From the NCBI GenBank assembly GCA_043228905.1, contig JBHGNT010000014.1, positions 11,966,001 to 12,030,000 of the forward strand: a DNA stretch of 64,000 nt, written 5' to 3'. Positions 39,160 to 53,841 of this stretch are shown one piece after another. This stretch comes from Azolla caroliniana. Lineage: Eukaryota > Plantae > Polypodiophyta. The translations under genes were made by a program, and so were the position numbers. The notes under the pieces were generated by a model, which made no database searches, was not told where the DNA came from, and was given only the letters and a program-made list of their open reading frames with translations. Each line of letters starts with the position of its first letter. The stretch's first letter is position 1.

Positions 39160-40610
39160 ATGGATTCTTCTAGAAACACCGCAGAGTTGCAGAAAATGCT
39201 GGAGGTAAGGCCGTATTTGGAACTCAATGAATCTCTTTTGCTCTGAAATGATAACATATGTGAGTAACTCCTGAGTTCTTGGAAACTTGGGTAAACAAAA
39301 AATTCTATTTTCGTTTGGTCTCTGTTTGTGATGATGATGATTTTATGTTTTAATATTAAGAAAATGTTATTCTGATCTGAGTGAACCATTGACGACTTTA
39401 TACACATGTCACATAGGATGTTATCCACAAGATACTCTGCAGCATTACATTAATCATGTAAACTTAATATATATAGATGAAATTTATGTGTTGGTGGTTT
39501 TTGTTTCTGTAAAATATTCTCACCAAGGATTAGACACACTATTGTATGAAATAACTTTCTTGAGGTCTATTCTGTCCTGAATTTTGTTTACATGATCGAG
39601 CACATTTTTCATATTCATCAAAGACAATAGTATGAATTGTATAATATCGTTTCCTTCAGATTCTTGTTGGATTGTGTTTGATCAGATGCACTAAAGACAT
39701 AACATAAGGCTGTATGAAATTAGCTCTTTTGACATTTACATGCTATCATATTTTGTTTCCTAATATTTACAATAAGTGTATGCAGTAAAGACATAGCATT
39801 AGCTTGTATAAAATCACTTTCTTGAAATTTTTGTATGGGATGATGTCTATGACCTTGGAGCGGTCATATGCTCTAGTACATAGCATAAGATTGTACGCGC
39901 AGAATTTCCTTAGACCAATATATGCTATTAGGTTTATTTTTGTAAGATTAAAATGACCATAGACTCTATGCTCTAAGAAAATAGCATGAGGTTGTACAAT
40001 ATCACTAGGTTGCTGGATGTGGTTTTGTGATAATACAAAGATCATAAATTTATATGCATGAAGGATAATATTTAAGATTATATGAATTTCTGTGACATAT
40101 CTTCCTTAAAGATTTACCATACAATTGTATGTATCAATCCCTTTCTTCGTATTTATGTTTATCAGATTTTGTGTCAATGACATATGTGCATTAAAGACAT
40201 AGTATAAGATTGTTTGAAATCACTTCTTGAAATTTATGTATGAAATCACCTCCTTGATGTTATTGTTTTGTTCATGCTTCTGTGACATTGCAATGTCATA
40301 TGTGCTAAAGAGATAGCATAAGATTCTATACATTCTTACTTTCTTGAGATTATATGTGTGTAGGACATAGCATAAAATTGAATGTACTCATTGTTTTATT
40401 GAAATTTACTTGGTTTTTCAGCAAGAGAAGCAGCGGGCAATGCTCAATGAATTAGTTGGCAAGGTGACAAGTGTATGCTGGGACAAGTGTGTTGGCACTC
40501 CTGGCAGCAAATTCAGTTCCAGTGAGACTTCATGTCTCCAATATTGTGCTCAACGCTATCTTGAGACTAGTGCTATTATTCTTCGTCGTTTTGGCAGTTT
40601 GCCACAATGA
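39160..40610 (+). CDS. TIM8: Mitochondrial intermembrane-space small Tim chaperone TIM8, 77 aa
   Basis: Exons 39160-39204 (MDSSRNTAELQKMLE) and 40422-40610 (QEKQRAMLNELVGKVTSVCWDKC...FSSSETSCLQYCAQRY). Twin CX3C motif; phase-0 GT-AG intron. Confidence 0.93.
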
Positions 40611-42936
40611 GGTCTTTTCTGACTTCAACATGTTTTTTGAATATTGAGAATGAGAAGGTTCATTTTCATGTGGTTTGGAATTGGTTGCAAATCGAACTTA
40701 GTTAATGATGAACTTGGACTTTCCCTATGCCCTAGTGTATATGATATGAGATCATAAATATTTGCGGTATAGCTGTTAAACATCTAGTGTCACTGTAATA
40801 GGTTTTAATGGGTGCATTTTATGTATGTTGTCTTGAGGGCATCTGACAGTAAAGGTTGCTGTACAAACTCAGCATTCTTGAGAATATTTTTTTTAGTCCA
40901 TAGAGATAATCTCTCAAGTTGTTTCAGATAGAATTTTTTTATGATCATTTCATCTGGATATGTGTATTGTATATTTATGATCCACTGACGAGATTCTTGC
41001 AACACAATCTTAAATTTTAAATCAACACAATCTTAAAGATGCCATTAACACAGAAGTGTGAACCGCATAAGAAATTTTTTCTTTTTTAACAGATGAGTAT
41101 ACTTTCTTACATGTACTATGGAAGCATAGCATGTGATAATACGTATCTATGTATGTTATGTGCAGATCATTATGACATCTTGTAATTAAGTATGATGAAT
41201 GAAGGTCATGGTATCTTAATATTGGGTGTACTGTGGCTAAATGTAAATCTGCGAAGAGTGGGTATCATGTGGAGAAGAGTAACAATTAGCTGATCTGCAG
41301 AGATTGTCAAATATTCCCATAATTGCATAGGAATTTCAATCATGCATATAACATTAAACATTTTTCTTTAATTGCGTAGGGATTCAATTATGTATGAATC
41401 ATTTTTATTTAAAGTAGTTCCTGTAAAACACAGGTGACCTTATTTAGAAATTAAACCAGCACCAGTAATATTTCAATACCTTCACCAAAATATATAGAAT
41501 TATGCTAGCCTGAGATAATCACGTTACATGAATTATACTAGCATGAGATAATCATGCAAAGTACCTATCCCTTTTTTGTTTAAGTGAATATTACACTACT
41601 TGAAATATCTAAGGCTGTTCTCCATTTGTATACAATGATGGAGTTTGGTTTGCCATCTTATCCTTGTATCTTTGATTATCGACTTAATAATTCTACCTTC
41701 TAATGAATGTGTGCTGTGTTGATGTCTATGCCAGTTATTCTCATCATGGCAAGAGGTGTAATGTAGTGACCTAAGTAAAAACTTGTGTTCGTTTATTAAT
41801 TAATTTGTAAAAGCAGTCATACCAAAAAGTTTAGTAGATTTAAAATTATAAGGACGTTGTATTCAATACACATGTTCCTCTTGTAGTATCACTCTTATTA
41901 CTCCCCTTATAATTCTCCACTACAATGTATTCCTCATCCTTTCCAACATCAAGACCTACAATTTGTTTCATCAATCTTTCTAAGATATTGAACGAGGAAA
42001 CCTATCATCTACCTCAAAAGGTTCAATTGTGTCAAGTACTTGATCGCTATTGTCCAGGATAATGTAAATGCAAGATCATTCATTTTTTATGTGAGTGCTG
42101 TAAAGGAGGTGAGGGAAAGTAAACATCAATCACAAGTTCTCGACCCAAGTCCAAGTGCCATGTTTTGACAACAAAAACATAAGAAAGACCTTCAGAATGA
42201 TTCATTACAATTTACCATCTACAAAAGGAGAATGGGGAATGTCTAAGCTTTTTAGTGCCATGGAATATTTTGATTCTCAAACAAATTATTTAGTCATATT
42301 TACTTTATTTATGTTCTGTGCACAAAATTCCTCTCAAAAAATCCCAAAAAGGATGGAATGTTTCCAAAGCTTAACCTTCATTTTCATTTGCATTGGATCA
42401 CTAAACCAATTACTGCTTCCCTCAATTGGATACCATAAATTTCTTATTGGTGATCGTTAACTCATTATTGACATTAATTGACCATGACCAGTTTTCATCT
42501 ATCAATGTTATCACCATCCATCATTAAAGAACTAAGTAGAGCAATATTCTGAAAGAGTAATTTCAACATTTGTTACAAGGGCATAGGGCATATAAAACAT
42601 TGATTCCCTCATCATCGACAATTTATACCATTGCCTTTATTATTAAAATTTTCCTGCTGAATAAAATCATTAATTCTAGAATATGTTTAAAGACAACTAG
42701 TAGAAAATGACTGAAACAGTCAATGTTCTTTTTCATATTCCAGCCAAGAATATACCTTTATTGTTCTTCCAACTTCAAACCAAAGTATATTCAATCAACT
42801 CAGGAGTATGAAAATACATGGATATCTCCTGAAATTTTGACACTGCCCATGTTTCTAATGATAGATTCGTAAAATTCTGGCTTGGCATTTCAGTAGAATA
42901 CAAAAATAAGGTTGCCCAATCATGAACTTGTTTGAG

Positions 42937-45900
42937 TTACGATGGCGATGATGACAATCTAGATTGTCGAGCCTTTTCTGCTTGTTTTGCTTTCTCGATG
43001 TAATCTTCATGTGATTGGTGTTTCGCATCTGTTTGATAAGATACAATTCTTGTTACAATTATCTTTTAAACTAATAAACGTAAATACAGGAGTATTTAAT
43101 ATAATGCAGCAACACAATAATGCAGGGGCCAGTTGATAAAGGTTTCCCTTTCATAAATTTGCATGTTTTGCTGGAAGATTCATTCACTCCTAAATAAGCA
43201 GATTACTCTAGTTTTATCCTGTTTAGAAACCAAAGGACTGAATGCCTGTTGAACTGTTTGCGGTGAAATTGGTTTACAAAAAAAAGAACTAGGCATGTAG
43301 ATATTAGCAAATAGCACATTATGAAAGGATTGAGACAAAAATGAGACCTACAGGGTGTTCTTTCAAGTGAATATCTGGTTGAGCTGCTCGTTCTAGCATC
43401 GCAATCTAGCTAGCTACCTCTAAGCCACAAATCAAATAAGTACGTTCCTAGCATCAAGTTGGCCACTACATCTTTTTGATTGGTTGGTTTAAACAGAAAA
43501 TTACAGTGGCATTTGGTTTTTTATCAAAAACATAAATAAGTTGCAGATAGAACCCCTTATAAATTGGAGAACTTCAAATAAAAAATCTAACTTTAATACT
43601 ATTTGGGACCCACAAAGATCCAGAAACATTTGATACATATATAAAAGCAGAGATGACAACCACATGTCAAGCTAGAAGGTCCATACCTCTGAAACGTACA
43701 AGCTCAGACACATAAAGAAGGACAAGCTTGGATATAGAAAAAAAGATTATGCATGCTATATAACATGAATATAGAGAAGAGATAGAAGAACATTCTTCAC
43801 GCAGTTATCCAACATATGGCAATAGCAGGGATAACTTTTCTTGGATTCTACAAAGATTTGAGAATATCAAAGATGATCCTACAGAAGTTCACTTTGTCTT
43901 TTGCATTTGTGTCATTGAGAGTGAAGAAGAGCTTGTGATGCAACCAAATGGATAAATGTTCAAAGGTGAACCATGATATTCACAGATGGACTTGCCGCTA
44001 TATAGGATTGTGGAGTTTAGGCAGGACGTAGAGTGCATGGACTGTATAACAATTGTATGATTCTTGAAGCATGAATCTAATTTTATACCTAGAGATTTGG
44101 GGAGGATAGTATCGAGGATTACGCTATGATTGTAAAACTCATCCATGGGCACCTACTCTACTCCATTTTAGAGAACTTGATGAGAAAGCTCCTGATTTTT
44201 CTTAGGACACAACGCCCCTGATTTTTGTCAGATAGCATGATGGAAATTTAAGTTGCATGGAGAGGATTATATTGTATCTCTCGACGGTGAATCCTCAGTA
44301 TGGGCACACATTCTATTGCTTTGTAGACAGCTTGATCGGAAGGTTGCCGATTGTCTGTAAGGTACCAATCTATGTCTAAGGGGTGCAGTTGCTGTTTTTT
44401 GTCTACTGACATGAAGACAATATTTGGGAGATGTGAAGGCAATTGCGGATGGATTCTTTGAGGTATTTCATCCTTTCCAAGGTGTCCCCAAACTAGCCTT
44501 TGGAAATGCTGTTTTCTCCACCATTCTGGTTGTCACATCTGGTGTTTCCACCTGGACTGTCTCTCAACTGAATTTCCCTATGTTTCTCTGAATCTGCGAT
44601 TAGGGTGTTGATATCTGGGTTACCTATCTAAGGCTTCTAAAGTCAATATGTGGTATTCTTCTTCCGAGGAAATCCACAAACCCAACGGTTCACCAGCAAG
44701 CAGCTGAGTCTAGAAATTAGCCATGAAACCAACAACCTAGGCATCAATTTATGACCATGAAATATATTCCTGATGCCAGCCAATGACCATGACCTACACA
44801 CTGGCGCTTGATCAAAACTCTGTAGCTCATACTCCAATGCCCAAACCTGAGCTACAAAATGAGGACGCCAGCCAATGAAGATAGGCTTCCACAGATGCAG
44901 ATCCTTTGAGACAAATTAGAACTAAAAAACAAACAAGTGGCAAAGGATCAAATTCAAGTTTGAAACAAAAGATGCTTTTTGGAAAGAAAATGGAACCTAT
45001 GCTCCTGAAAGAGTTATAAGAGCACAAAAGGAGCAATTATCCACTTCAAGAGAGAAATGCAGGAATGAGTGAAATAAATTCAAAACCTTAAAACACTGAT
45101 GGTGACCAAATTTAAGTAAGACATGAAAGTCATGATAAATGAAGAATGAGTTGTGAATTAACAAGTAGAGAAAAACCAATGAGCAGTGGAAAAACACATG
45201 TTCACTTTGAATGAGAATGTAGAAAAGAACAAAAGCATGGAATGAGGTGACAATAGATGAAAAAACTCAAGCAGATACTTATCATAAGGAAATCAAGGAG
45301 CATAAGCCCTAGATTGACATAATCAAAAAATGAAAAGAAATGTGAATGACTAGAAATGATAAATGTGACAGTTGATGAAGCACCAAAAGGAAGACCTTGG
45401 GCACTACATGTGATGGTAGTTAGGTGCACACAAAAGAAGTCCACAAGAAGACACCAACACCCTTGGAAACAAAAATTGTGCATCTGAAATCCCAAGCTCA
45501 TTGTTGCTGCATGAGAATGGGAAAGATGACTCCAGAATCGATGCCTTGATGATTTACTATGAGGTGATGAAGAACTTTCCATGTGAAGAAAACAACCATC
45601 AAGGAAGTGAAAATAAACATCACACCCCAAATAAAGTACCGAGATAAAAACATCTCAAAAAAACCTTTCAGAAAATAGTTTGTGAGGCTTGGCAGAGTTA
45701 TTATCATAATGAGAACTTATAGGCCATTTTGGCCTCTTAAAAGATGTTAATATATCTTTATTTCTTTCTTTCTTCCATGGCCCAAGAGACTATGTCTATC
45801 CATGTATGCAATGCCAATAAACTTCTCAGGATTAATGCAGAAAAGAAGGCTTAACAGACATAAAGATACATCCAAGGCCCAGGTACACACGCACACACAC

Positions 45901-47233
45901 ACCCAAGAAATTAGAACTTAACTTTTTGATATTCTCGGATTTCACCCCCAACCACACACAAGAGAAAACATCAGAGGTTCATGTGAGGTGGAGATCTGAG
46001 AAGCAGTGGTATACAAAAAGAATTACGAGAAAAATCAGAAGGGAAGCTTGTGATTTTCCATTTTTCTACTCAAGATTCACACCTCTAGGTAAATCAACTT
46101 ATTTTCTGCAATATAAAGATGTGATATTTCCAGCTATGGGGCACATACTACTATCAGGGAGTTTCAATCTTCAGTAGGGAAGGATCAAACATCATTGTTT
46201 GGCACAACAGATACTACGTGCAGAAACATTGGTTTGGAAAGGCATGCAAAAGAATCCAGGGTAGAGAGATTGCAACATATTATGGTGAAACATTTTCTTT
46301 CTTTAGGAATTCTTGCACTGGGGCAATTGAAATTAAGGAAAATCAAGCTTAAAAGTGCAGTCTGGATACTATTTCTAACCCCCAGAACCCACGCAAGCTC
46401 TTTCTCACACTATGACACATAGACTACAATACATGTGAGACCACATTCAACATCTTTTCACTAACCCACTAGAACCCATGCAATATTTTTCTCACACTTG
46501 GTTCTACAGACCAGATATAAGTCCAGATGTGGAGTACAAAGGCCTTAATATATACCTCACTTTTTGTCACACAAATATAAAATAGCAGAAATCCATATAA
46601 TGTTTTTTCTGCCATCTAAGGATATTACTAGACCTTTATCTCTCTCATAGGTCATGTTACTGGCCTTGCAAAGGACAAAAATACATCATCATCATCATCC
46701 TCGGTCATATTATTAGCCTCCAGAAGACAATAATTGATCACTATCATTGTAGTTCATGTCATTAGTCTCCATAATGACGAGAATATATCCTGACAATAAT
46801 AACCATCACCATCATAGATCGACTTACTGGCCTCCAAAGGGATGATAATACATCACCATCTTCATCATCATTGTCATCAGTTTTCTTCATCACATCATCA
46901 TCGTCGTCGTCATCATCATCAGCGGTCATGTTGCCTCCAAAGGATGATAATACATTAATTACCATCTATATATATCTCTCATAAGATCATACCACAAGAA
47001 ATGCATAAGAAACACATAAGACAAAACATTAGGTTGGGGGTGAACAGAGTAGTACCTCGAGTGAAGAGAAGCCAGGGGATGGCTCCAATAGCTGCAACGA
47101 TAAGAATTCCTGCTACCACGTGCTTCTTATCACCGCTATAGAGGAATTGATCGAGGCGAGAGAGGGGTTTCTTGCCACCATTAGTGCTGCCACTGCTACT
47201 GCTACCGCTGCCATCGCTATTACTCTTGCTCAT
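42937..47233 (-). CDS. GAG1At-like (At1g16000-like) small single-TM protein, 89 aa
   Basis: Exons 47233-47056 and 43028-42937, phase-1 GT-AG intron of about 4 kb. Translation: ...FLYSGDKKHVVAGILIVAAIGAIPWLLFTR-DAKHQSHEDYIEKAKQAEKARQSRLSS; family recognised from memory. Confidence 0.85.
43870..45720 (-). mobile_element. Highly decayed retroelement remnants (Gypsy-like and LINE endonuclease-like) in the GAG1At-like intron
   Basis: Only weak residual motifs, e.g. SSRHRFWSHL...WCLLVDF resembling the APE RFW...GDFN region. Confidence 0.35.
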
Positions 47234-47606
47234 TGTTTCCTCCTCCGTGTCCTCTCCAATGAAGCAGAACACCTACCTACGTGGTTCCTATAGACAAAAA
47301 GAGGGACAAACATATTTATAAAACTAGGCCTCTACTTGTCTGAAATATTTCGTGAGTAATTGAAATAATGTGTGTGTGAGAGACACTTGAGGTACCATAC
47401 TTAGGCTGCTGTGTTTGGGCCCTATTGCAAGTATTTGATTGGGAGCTACATACGCCTCGACCATTAGACATCGCTTCTTTGTCCGATGGTCTTCGTGGAA
47501 GTACCACCACCACAAGCATGTCGACCCAACATAGGAAATCAAGTCTTCGTAGTTCTCACAACTTAGCTCAGCTTGCGCGTTGTCCTTGGAGGAGTTGCTT
47601 TTATGT

Positions 47607-50600
47607 TGTAAAAGAATACGTGTGCGGAAGCGTATGCGTAAGAACACAGTGTACACGATTCGGTAGTACGACAGTTCGGTAGAACATAAAACCCACAGAG
47701 AAAGAGAGGGAGAGAGACAGAGAGAGCAGACATACAAAACTATATTCAAATAATTCTCAGATATGTTCTCTGTACATATTCCATGCTCAGTGAGCAACTT
47801 TTATACAAGCCCTGACTATCGGGCTGACACAAGTACTGCCAGTACTTGACCGCTCATAAATGGAGCCTTCTACATTAACTCCCAAAACTATTCCTTACGA
47901 GGAATAACGTTCTAACGGCCTCTTGGTTTAAACACCGCTACGACCATACTTTGCGTATGGTTTTATGCACCCAGTCTACGTACTGGGTTACGTACCCGTT
48001 TACGCACCCAATCTTGAGCTTGTCTCTCAACACTCCCCCTCAAGCTCAACTTGAGGTTCCATCTGCTTTTCCAGATCTTCGCTCCGGCCTCTCCTGGCTT
48101 CACGCTTCGCTTGCGCTCCTCGACCCGTTCGATTCCACGTGCTTCGACCCTTCCGGTCGTCTTGTCTGCTCATGCGGCCCTTTTCAGCTCCCTTGCTGTC
48201 GCGGTGTTGGTGACTCTTGCGTTGCCCTTTCCTTCGCTTGGTCCTCAATCGATTCGTAATATCCGAATCGAACATTTCGATTAAATCGGTCACTTCCGAT
48301 TCAATTCCACTTTCGCCCGAATTGGTTGTCTCCAATTCGTCTTCTATTTTCTAGCCCTTGACAACATCAGACCATATCTTGGCCTTGGCCTTTATGCCCT
48401 TCTTGGCTGTATTTCCTCTTTGTTCGGTTGTCTTCAGCTCTTCCTTGCGATTACGGCCCTTGTTTTCTTCTTCTTCAGCTTCTTCAACCGGCCCGAAATC
48501 AAATTCTTCATTTGATTCGGCATTGCAGTTACTACCACTCCTTTCACGCTCCTGTTCCTGTTCCTATCTCCCCCTCAAGTTCAGCGTGTCGAGGTGATGC
48601 AAACCCAGCTCACCCGAGAAATGCCGCAACTTGTCGAGACCAAGGGGCTTGGTGCAGATGTCGGCAAGTGGCCGACCCGTGGGAACATACGCCAGAAAGG
48701 ACACGCTTGCGGACAAAATGATAATGCACCTCAATGTGCTTGGTCCGTGCGTGGAATACATGGCTTTTTGCAAGGTGGATGCTGTTGAGGTTGTCACAAT
48801 AGATTATTGCCGGGTCGGACACCTCCACATGTAGATCCCGTAATAGCCGTTTCAGCCAGATGAAGTCAGACATAGCGACAATCGCCCCTCAATATTCAAC
48901 CTCCATGCTCGTTAGCGCTATTGTCGGCTACTTCTTATTGCTCCACACGATCACCAAACTTCCCAATGAGAATGCATATCCGGACGTGGATCTACGATCG
49001 TGGGCATTTCCATCCCAATCGGCATCCGTGTAGCTGACTAACTGCTCGGTTACATCTACACGATAAAACAATGCCATATCTTTCGTGCCGCTGACATATC
49101 GTAATATCCTTTGCGTGCACTAAAGGTGTTCGGTCGTGCACTGCGACATAAATTGACTGATCATTCTGACCGGATAGCTGAGGTTCGGAAGAGTGATCGT
49201 CAAGTAGATGAGGCTTTCGACAATCTGTTGAAACCGTGTTGGGTCGCATGCCTTTCCCGAATCTTGCCGAAGCTTTACGTTTCTATCCAAAGGGGTCGAG
49301 ATGGGCTTACAATCTGCCATTCCGAACTTGAAGAGCATATTCAGCGCGTAATGGTGCTGGCTGATCAATATGCCTTCAAGGGAACGGATCACTTCGATCC
49401 CGAGGAAGTAATGAAGATCTCCAAGATCCTTCATTTCAAATGATGCCGCAAGTTGAGACTTTACACGACGGATTTCTTCCAGGTCGGCACCGACGATGAC
49501 TAAATCATCAACATAAAGTAAAAGACAAACCAGTCCATGTCAACCTTGCTGAACAAATAACGAAGGGTCCGATTTGAACATCGTAAACCCCATTCTATGC
49601 AACTGTTGCGTAATCTTCTCGTTCCAAGCTCGCGGGGCTTGCTTAAGGCTGTATAACACCTTCTTCAATCGGCAGACTCCCGAAGTGTTCTGTTTGGATA
49701 GAAATCCAGGGGGTTGTTCCTTAAGATCGCCTTGCAGGAACACATTTTTTACATCCATTTGATGTAAGTGCCACCCCTTCACCATAGCTACGGCTAGCAG
49801 AACTCGCACGGTAGTCATCTTCACGACTGGGGCGAAGGTCTCGTCGTAATCTACGTTGTGCTTCTGGGCGTAGCCTTTCGCAACCAAACAGGCCTTATAT
49901 CGATTGACAGAGCTGTCGGTGTTGTATTTCACCTTATACACCCATCTACATCTGATCGGCTTTACACCTTTCGGTACGTCAACTAGGTCCCAAGTCTCAT
50001 TGTCTGTTAAAGCGCACATCTCTTCCTCCATTGTGGCACGCCAGTTTGCGTCTTCCACCGCTTCTGCGTAGCTCTCCGGCTCACGCACTTCCGCCACTCA
50101 TGTCGTGTATCCGTAATGGTGTGCCATGTATTCATTGTACCCGTACTTCTTTACAAGGTTCGTCAAGTGGGTAGATCGGCGTAATTCGTGATTACCCGAT
50201 TTCACGCCCTTTTTGGCCGGTTTTGACTTCTTCCATGGAGATTCCTTTTCGATTGGCTTGAAATCAGACTCACTTTGATTAGACTCGGCACTGCCAAAAT
50301 CGTATTCTGACATTTTGTTATTCCCTTTTTCTTGACACATAAACTGCCTCCTCTGTTCTTTACACGGGGACAACACGACCGAGTTTCCACTACTCACCGG
50401 CTCTTCATTTGGTTGGCCATCTCAGCCCAACCCCTCATTCAGCCCACTTAGCCGAAATGAGATCGGACTCTCTGTTAGAGCTCCGATATCCTCATCATGC
50501 AAAGGCATCTCAGCCTCGCTGACCTCTTCTTCAAAATTCGGAATGGAATCATGAGGTATTGGAGGTGGAGGCAAGTACCACGAAGCAAACTTGTCGAACA

Positions 50601-53358
50601 CGACATCGCGGCTTACGCGAACTTCCTTTGTCTGGGGGTTATAGCACTTATACCCCTTCTGTTCGTCTGAATAGCCAACCAAGATACACTTCTCGGCTTT
50701 GGCATCCAGCTTCCTCCTCTTCTCCTTCGGCACATGCACATACGTAATGCTGCCGAAAATCCTCAAGTGTGCCAAGTTCAGCTTCTTGCCGTAATACAAC
50801 TCATGTGATGACACTCCTCCATTAGCAAAGGTTTGATTCTGTAAGTAAACCGCTGTCCTTACGGCTTCAGTACAGTAAAACTTTGACATATTCTTCTCTT
50901 CAAGCATTGCCCTGGCGGCTTCTTCAATTGTTCAATTCTTCCGCTCGGCTACACCGTTATGCTCCAACGTATATCTACACGAAAATTCGCGTCGAATTCC
51001 CTCCTTTTGTAGATAACTCATGGACTAGTTGGAGAAGTACTCCTTCCCGCCATCGGACCGTAGGCACTTGATCTTACGTCCAGTTTCCCTTTCCGCAAGG
51101 CTCTTCACCTTCAGGAACCACATGAAGACTTCACTCTTTTTCGCGATCAAGCACGCCCAGGTATGTCGAGTGAAGTCATCGATGAAGGTTACGAAGTAAC
51201 GGCTTCCACCGAGATTCACGTTCTATGCCGGTTCCGACACATCCGAATGGATCAAATCCAACGGATTTCGACTACGATTACGCTCATTGGGGAATGGAAG
51301 TCGGTGCTGCTTCTCGAGTTGGTAGGCTTGGCCATTACGGCCCCGAAATTTCGGCAATCCGAAAACAATGTTCTTCGTATGCATTTCACGAAGCCGTGGG
51401 AAGTTAACGTGGCCGAACCGCTTGTGCCACAAATCGATGTCCGACTTGACCTTCTGTCCTTTCGCGAACAACGCGGTTCCGGCTTGATTGGTGTCGAGGA
51501 TGAACATCCTCCCTTCATGGCGCCCTTACGTGATAACTTGGCCTTCCTCTTTGATGTAGCACCCGAGCTACATGAAACAAACTTGCAACCCCTGCTCGAC
51601 GATCTGTCCGATTGACACCATGATCTTGGTTATTTTCGGGATGTGCAACACGTTGATAAGTTTCCCTTTCTGCCCGATGTGGCTGAGAGGAACTTCTCCG
51701 ACATGTTCGATGGTATGCAGAGTGTCGTTTCCCGTTTCGACCACTCCTTGTTTTTCTGGTTTCTCCAAGTACGAGAACCATTTCTCATGACTCGTCATAT
51801 GATTTGACATTCCGGAATCAACATACCACACCTCGCTCGATTTTGAGGTGTTCATGGCCATCGAATTGGCCTTGTGCTTCATTACGAAGGCTGGGCTTGA
51901 TCCATTTACGACTTGTTCAGAGCCCTCAGTGTAGTGCGATTTTTGACGCCTTCCTGCGTCTCTTCCGCTCGATCCGGCTTTATCCAAATCAGCTCTCTTC
52001 TTCCAGCATTCGTTCTCCCGGTGTCCTTTCTTGCCACAGTACCAACATTCCGTTATGGCCTTCTCTTGTCGGCTTTCGGCGCCACTATGACTCCCCTTAC
52101 TTCTGGAGAGTTTGGAATTGCTTTCGGCATTTCGATTATGCCGCACGTTCTGCTCTTTTCGGCTGCCTCCATTGCGCACCGATCTGCCTCGTCCGCCACG
52201 ACTACGAGGCCTATCTTCCTCCGTGTACAACATCTTGTTGTCGGTGTGCGTACTCGTTGACGCACTTGTGTGATTTTCCTCTACGAGCAACATTGACTGA
52301 AGCTCGAAGAACAAAGGCGTAATCTCCCTTGTGCAGACCGCCATTCGGAACGCTCCAAACTTTGACACTAACCCACCAAGACAAACCTGCACCATTTCTT
52401 CCTCCTCGATGTTCACATTGGCAGAGGCGAGAGAGTCGCAGATCTCCTTGATTCGGGCCATGTAATCAGCTACAAACAGATCTTTCTGTCAGACATTGTT
52501 GAGCTCCTGCATGAGCTGCAGCTTCCTGGCCGTTGTGCTAGCAGCGAAAATCCTCTTGAGATTCACCCACGCGTCCTTTGGCGTCTTAGCATCCCGAATG
52601 TAGCTCAAGAGCTGGTCGCTCACACAAGACGCGAAGTAGTAAAGAACTCTGCTTGCTGCTTGTTCCCAAGCCGAAAAGTCTCTGTGTGTCGATTCGGGTG
52701 CTGCATCATTAGCTCCATCGACATAACTTTAGTAGCCATGACCAAGTAGGTACTGGTGCATCTTGTACGACCAAGATGCGTAGTTGCTCCTGTCGAGCTT
52801 CTTAGTCGGTAGCGAGCTTCCCATTCCTCTGTCCATATTGCTGTCTTATCCTTTCCGAAAACAACAGCTTAACTCTGTCCTATCGCAAGCTTATCTGTCG
52901 GCCGCAAAGGAGTTTCAACCCTCATGCTCTGATACCATGTAAAAGAATACGTGTGTGGAAGTGTATGCGTAAGAACACAGAGTACACAGTTCGGTAGTAC
53001 ACAGTTCGGTAGAACACAGAACCCACAAAGAAAGAGAGGGAGAGAGACAGAGAGAGCAGAAATACAAAACTATATTCAAATAATTCTCTATGTTCTCTAT
53101 ACATATTCCGTGCTCAGTGAGCACCTTTTATACAAGCCCTGACTATTGGGCTGACACAAGTACTGCCAGTACTTGACCGCTCATAAATAAGCCTTCTACA
53201 CTAACTCCCAAAACTATTCCTTACGAGGAATAACGTTCTAATGGCCTCTTGGTTTAAACACTGCCACGACCATACTTTGCATACGGTTTTACGCACCCAG
53301 TCTACGTACTAGGTTACGTACCTATTTACGCACCCAATGTTGAGCTTGTCTCTCAACA
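47607..53358 (-). mobile_element. Full-length degenerate Ty1/Copia, same lineage as 7126-20229
   Basis: LTRs 52938-53358 (5') and 47607-48032 (3'); TATGT TSD at 47602-47606 and 53359-53363; PBS 52926-52937; PPT 48033-48044. Gag begins MDRGMGSSLPTKKLDRSNYASW at 52836. Multiple stops and frameshifts. Confidence 0.96.
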
Positions 53359-53841
53359 TATGTCATTCAATCCTTTCATTGGCTTAGGGAATTTACCTTG
53401 CCATAAGTTCCTCGCTATTGTTGTAGAGAATAACAAAGGTTATTTTTTTATATTGTCATGGCAGAGATGTTATATTTTAGGTTTGTTAGTAAGATTGTCT
53501 GCAAGAGACTAAAAGGTCATGCATTTGAACCTTGCATTTTCCAGAATTGTATCTAAGAAAGTAGTATGTAGACTCTAGAGTGATATTTGAGCCTTGGCAC
53601 ATGAGTTACTAGTAAAATTGTGGCTTTTTTCAAGGGTATGAGTAAACTTGAGCCTTGGCACATGAGTTTACAAGCTTTTCTAAGGAGTTCTTGTCTTTTG
53701 ATTTGCTTGACTGCTTTTGTGGTCGTTTCAAATTATGTTATCTGCTAATCTTCTTGTTGATCATCGGACAACAAAAAAGGAAGGAGTGTAAGCATTAAGG
53801 TGAACATGGAGAATGGAGTTGGGGGGTGGTGGTTGTAGACC

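Noticed and set aside
41850-42480. Possible decayed retroelement fragment (also 53365-53800)
   Set aside because: No motif is recognisable with enough confidence.
46680-46965. Poly-Asp ORF
   Set aside because: A degenerate (CAT)n tract inside the GAG1At-like intron.
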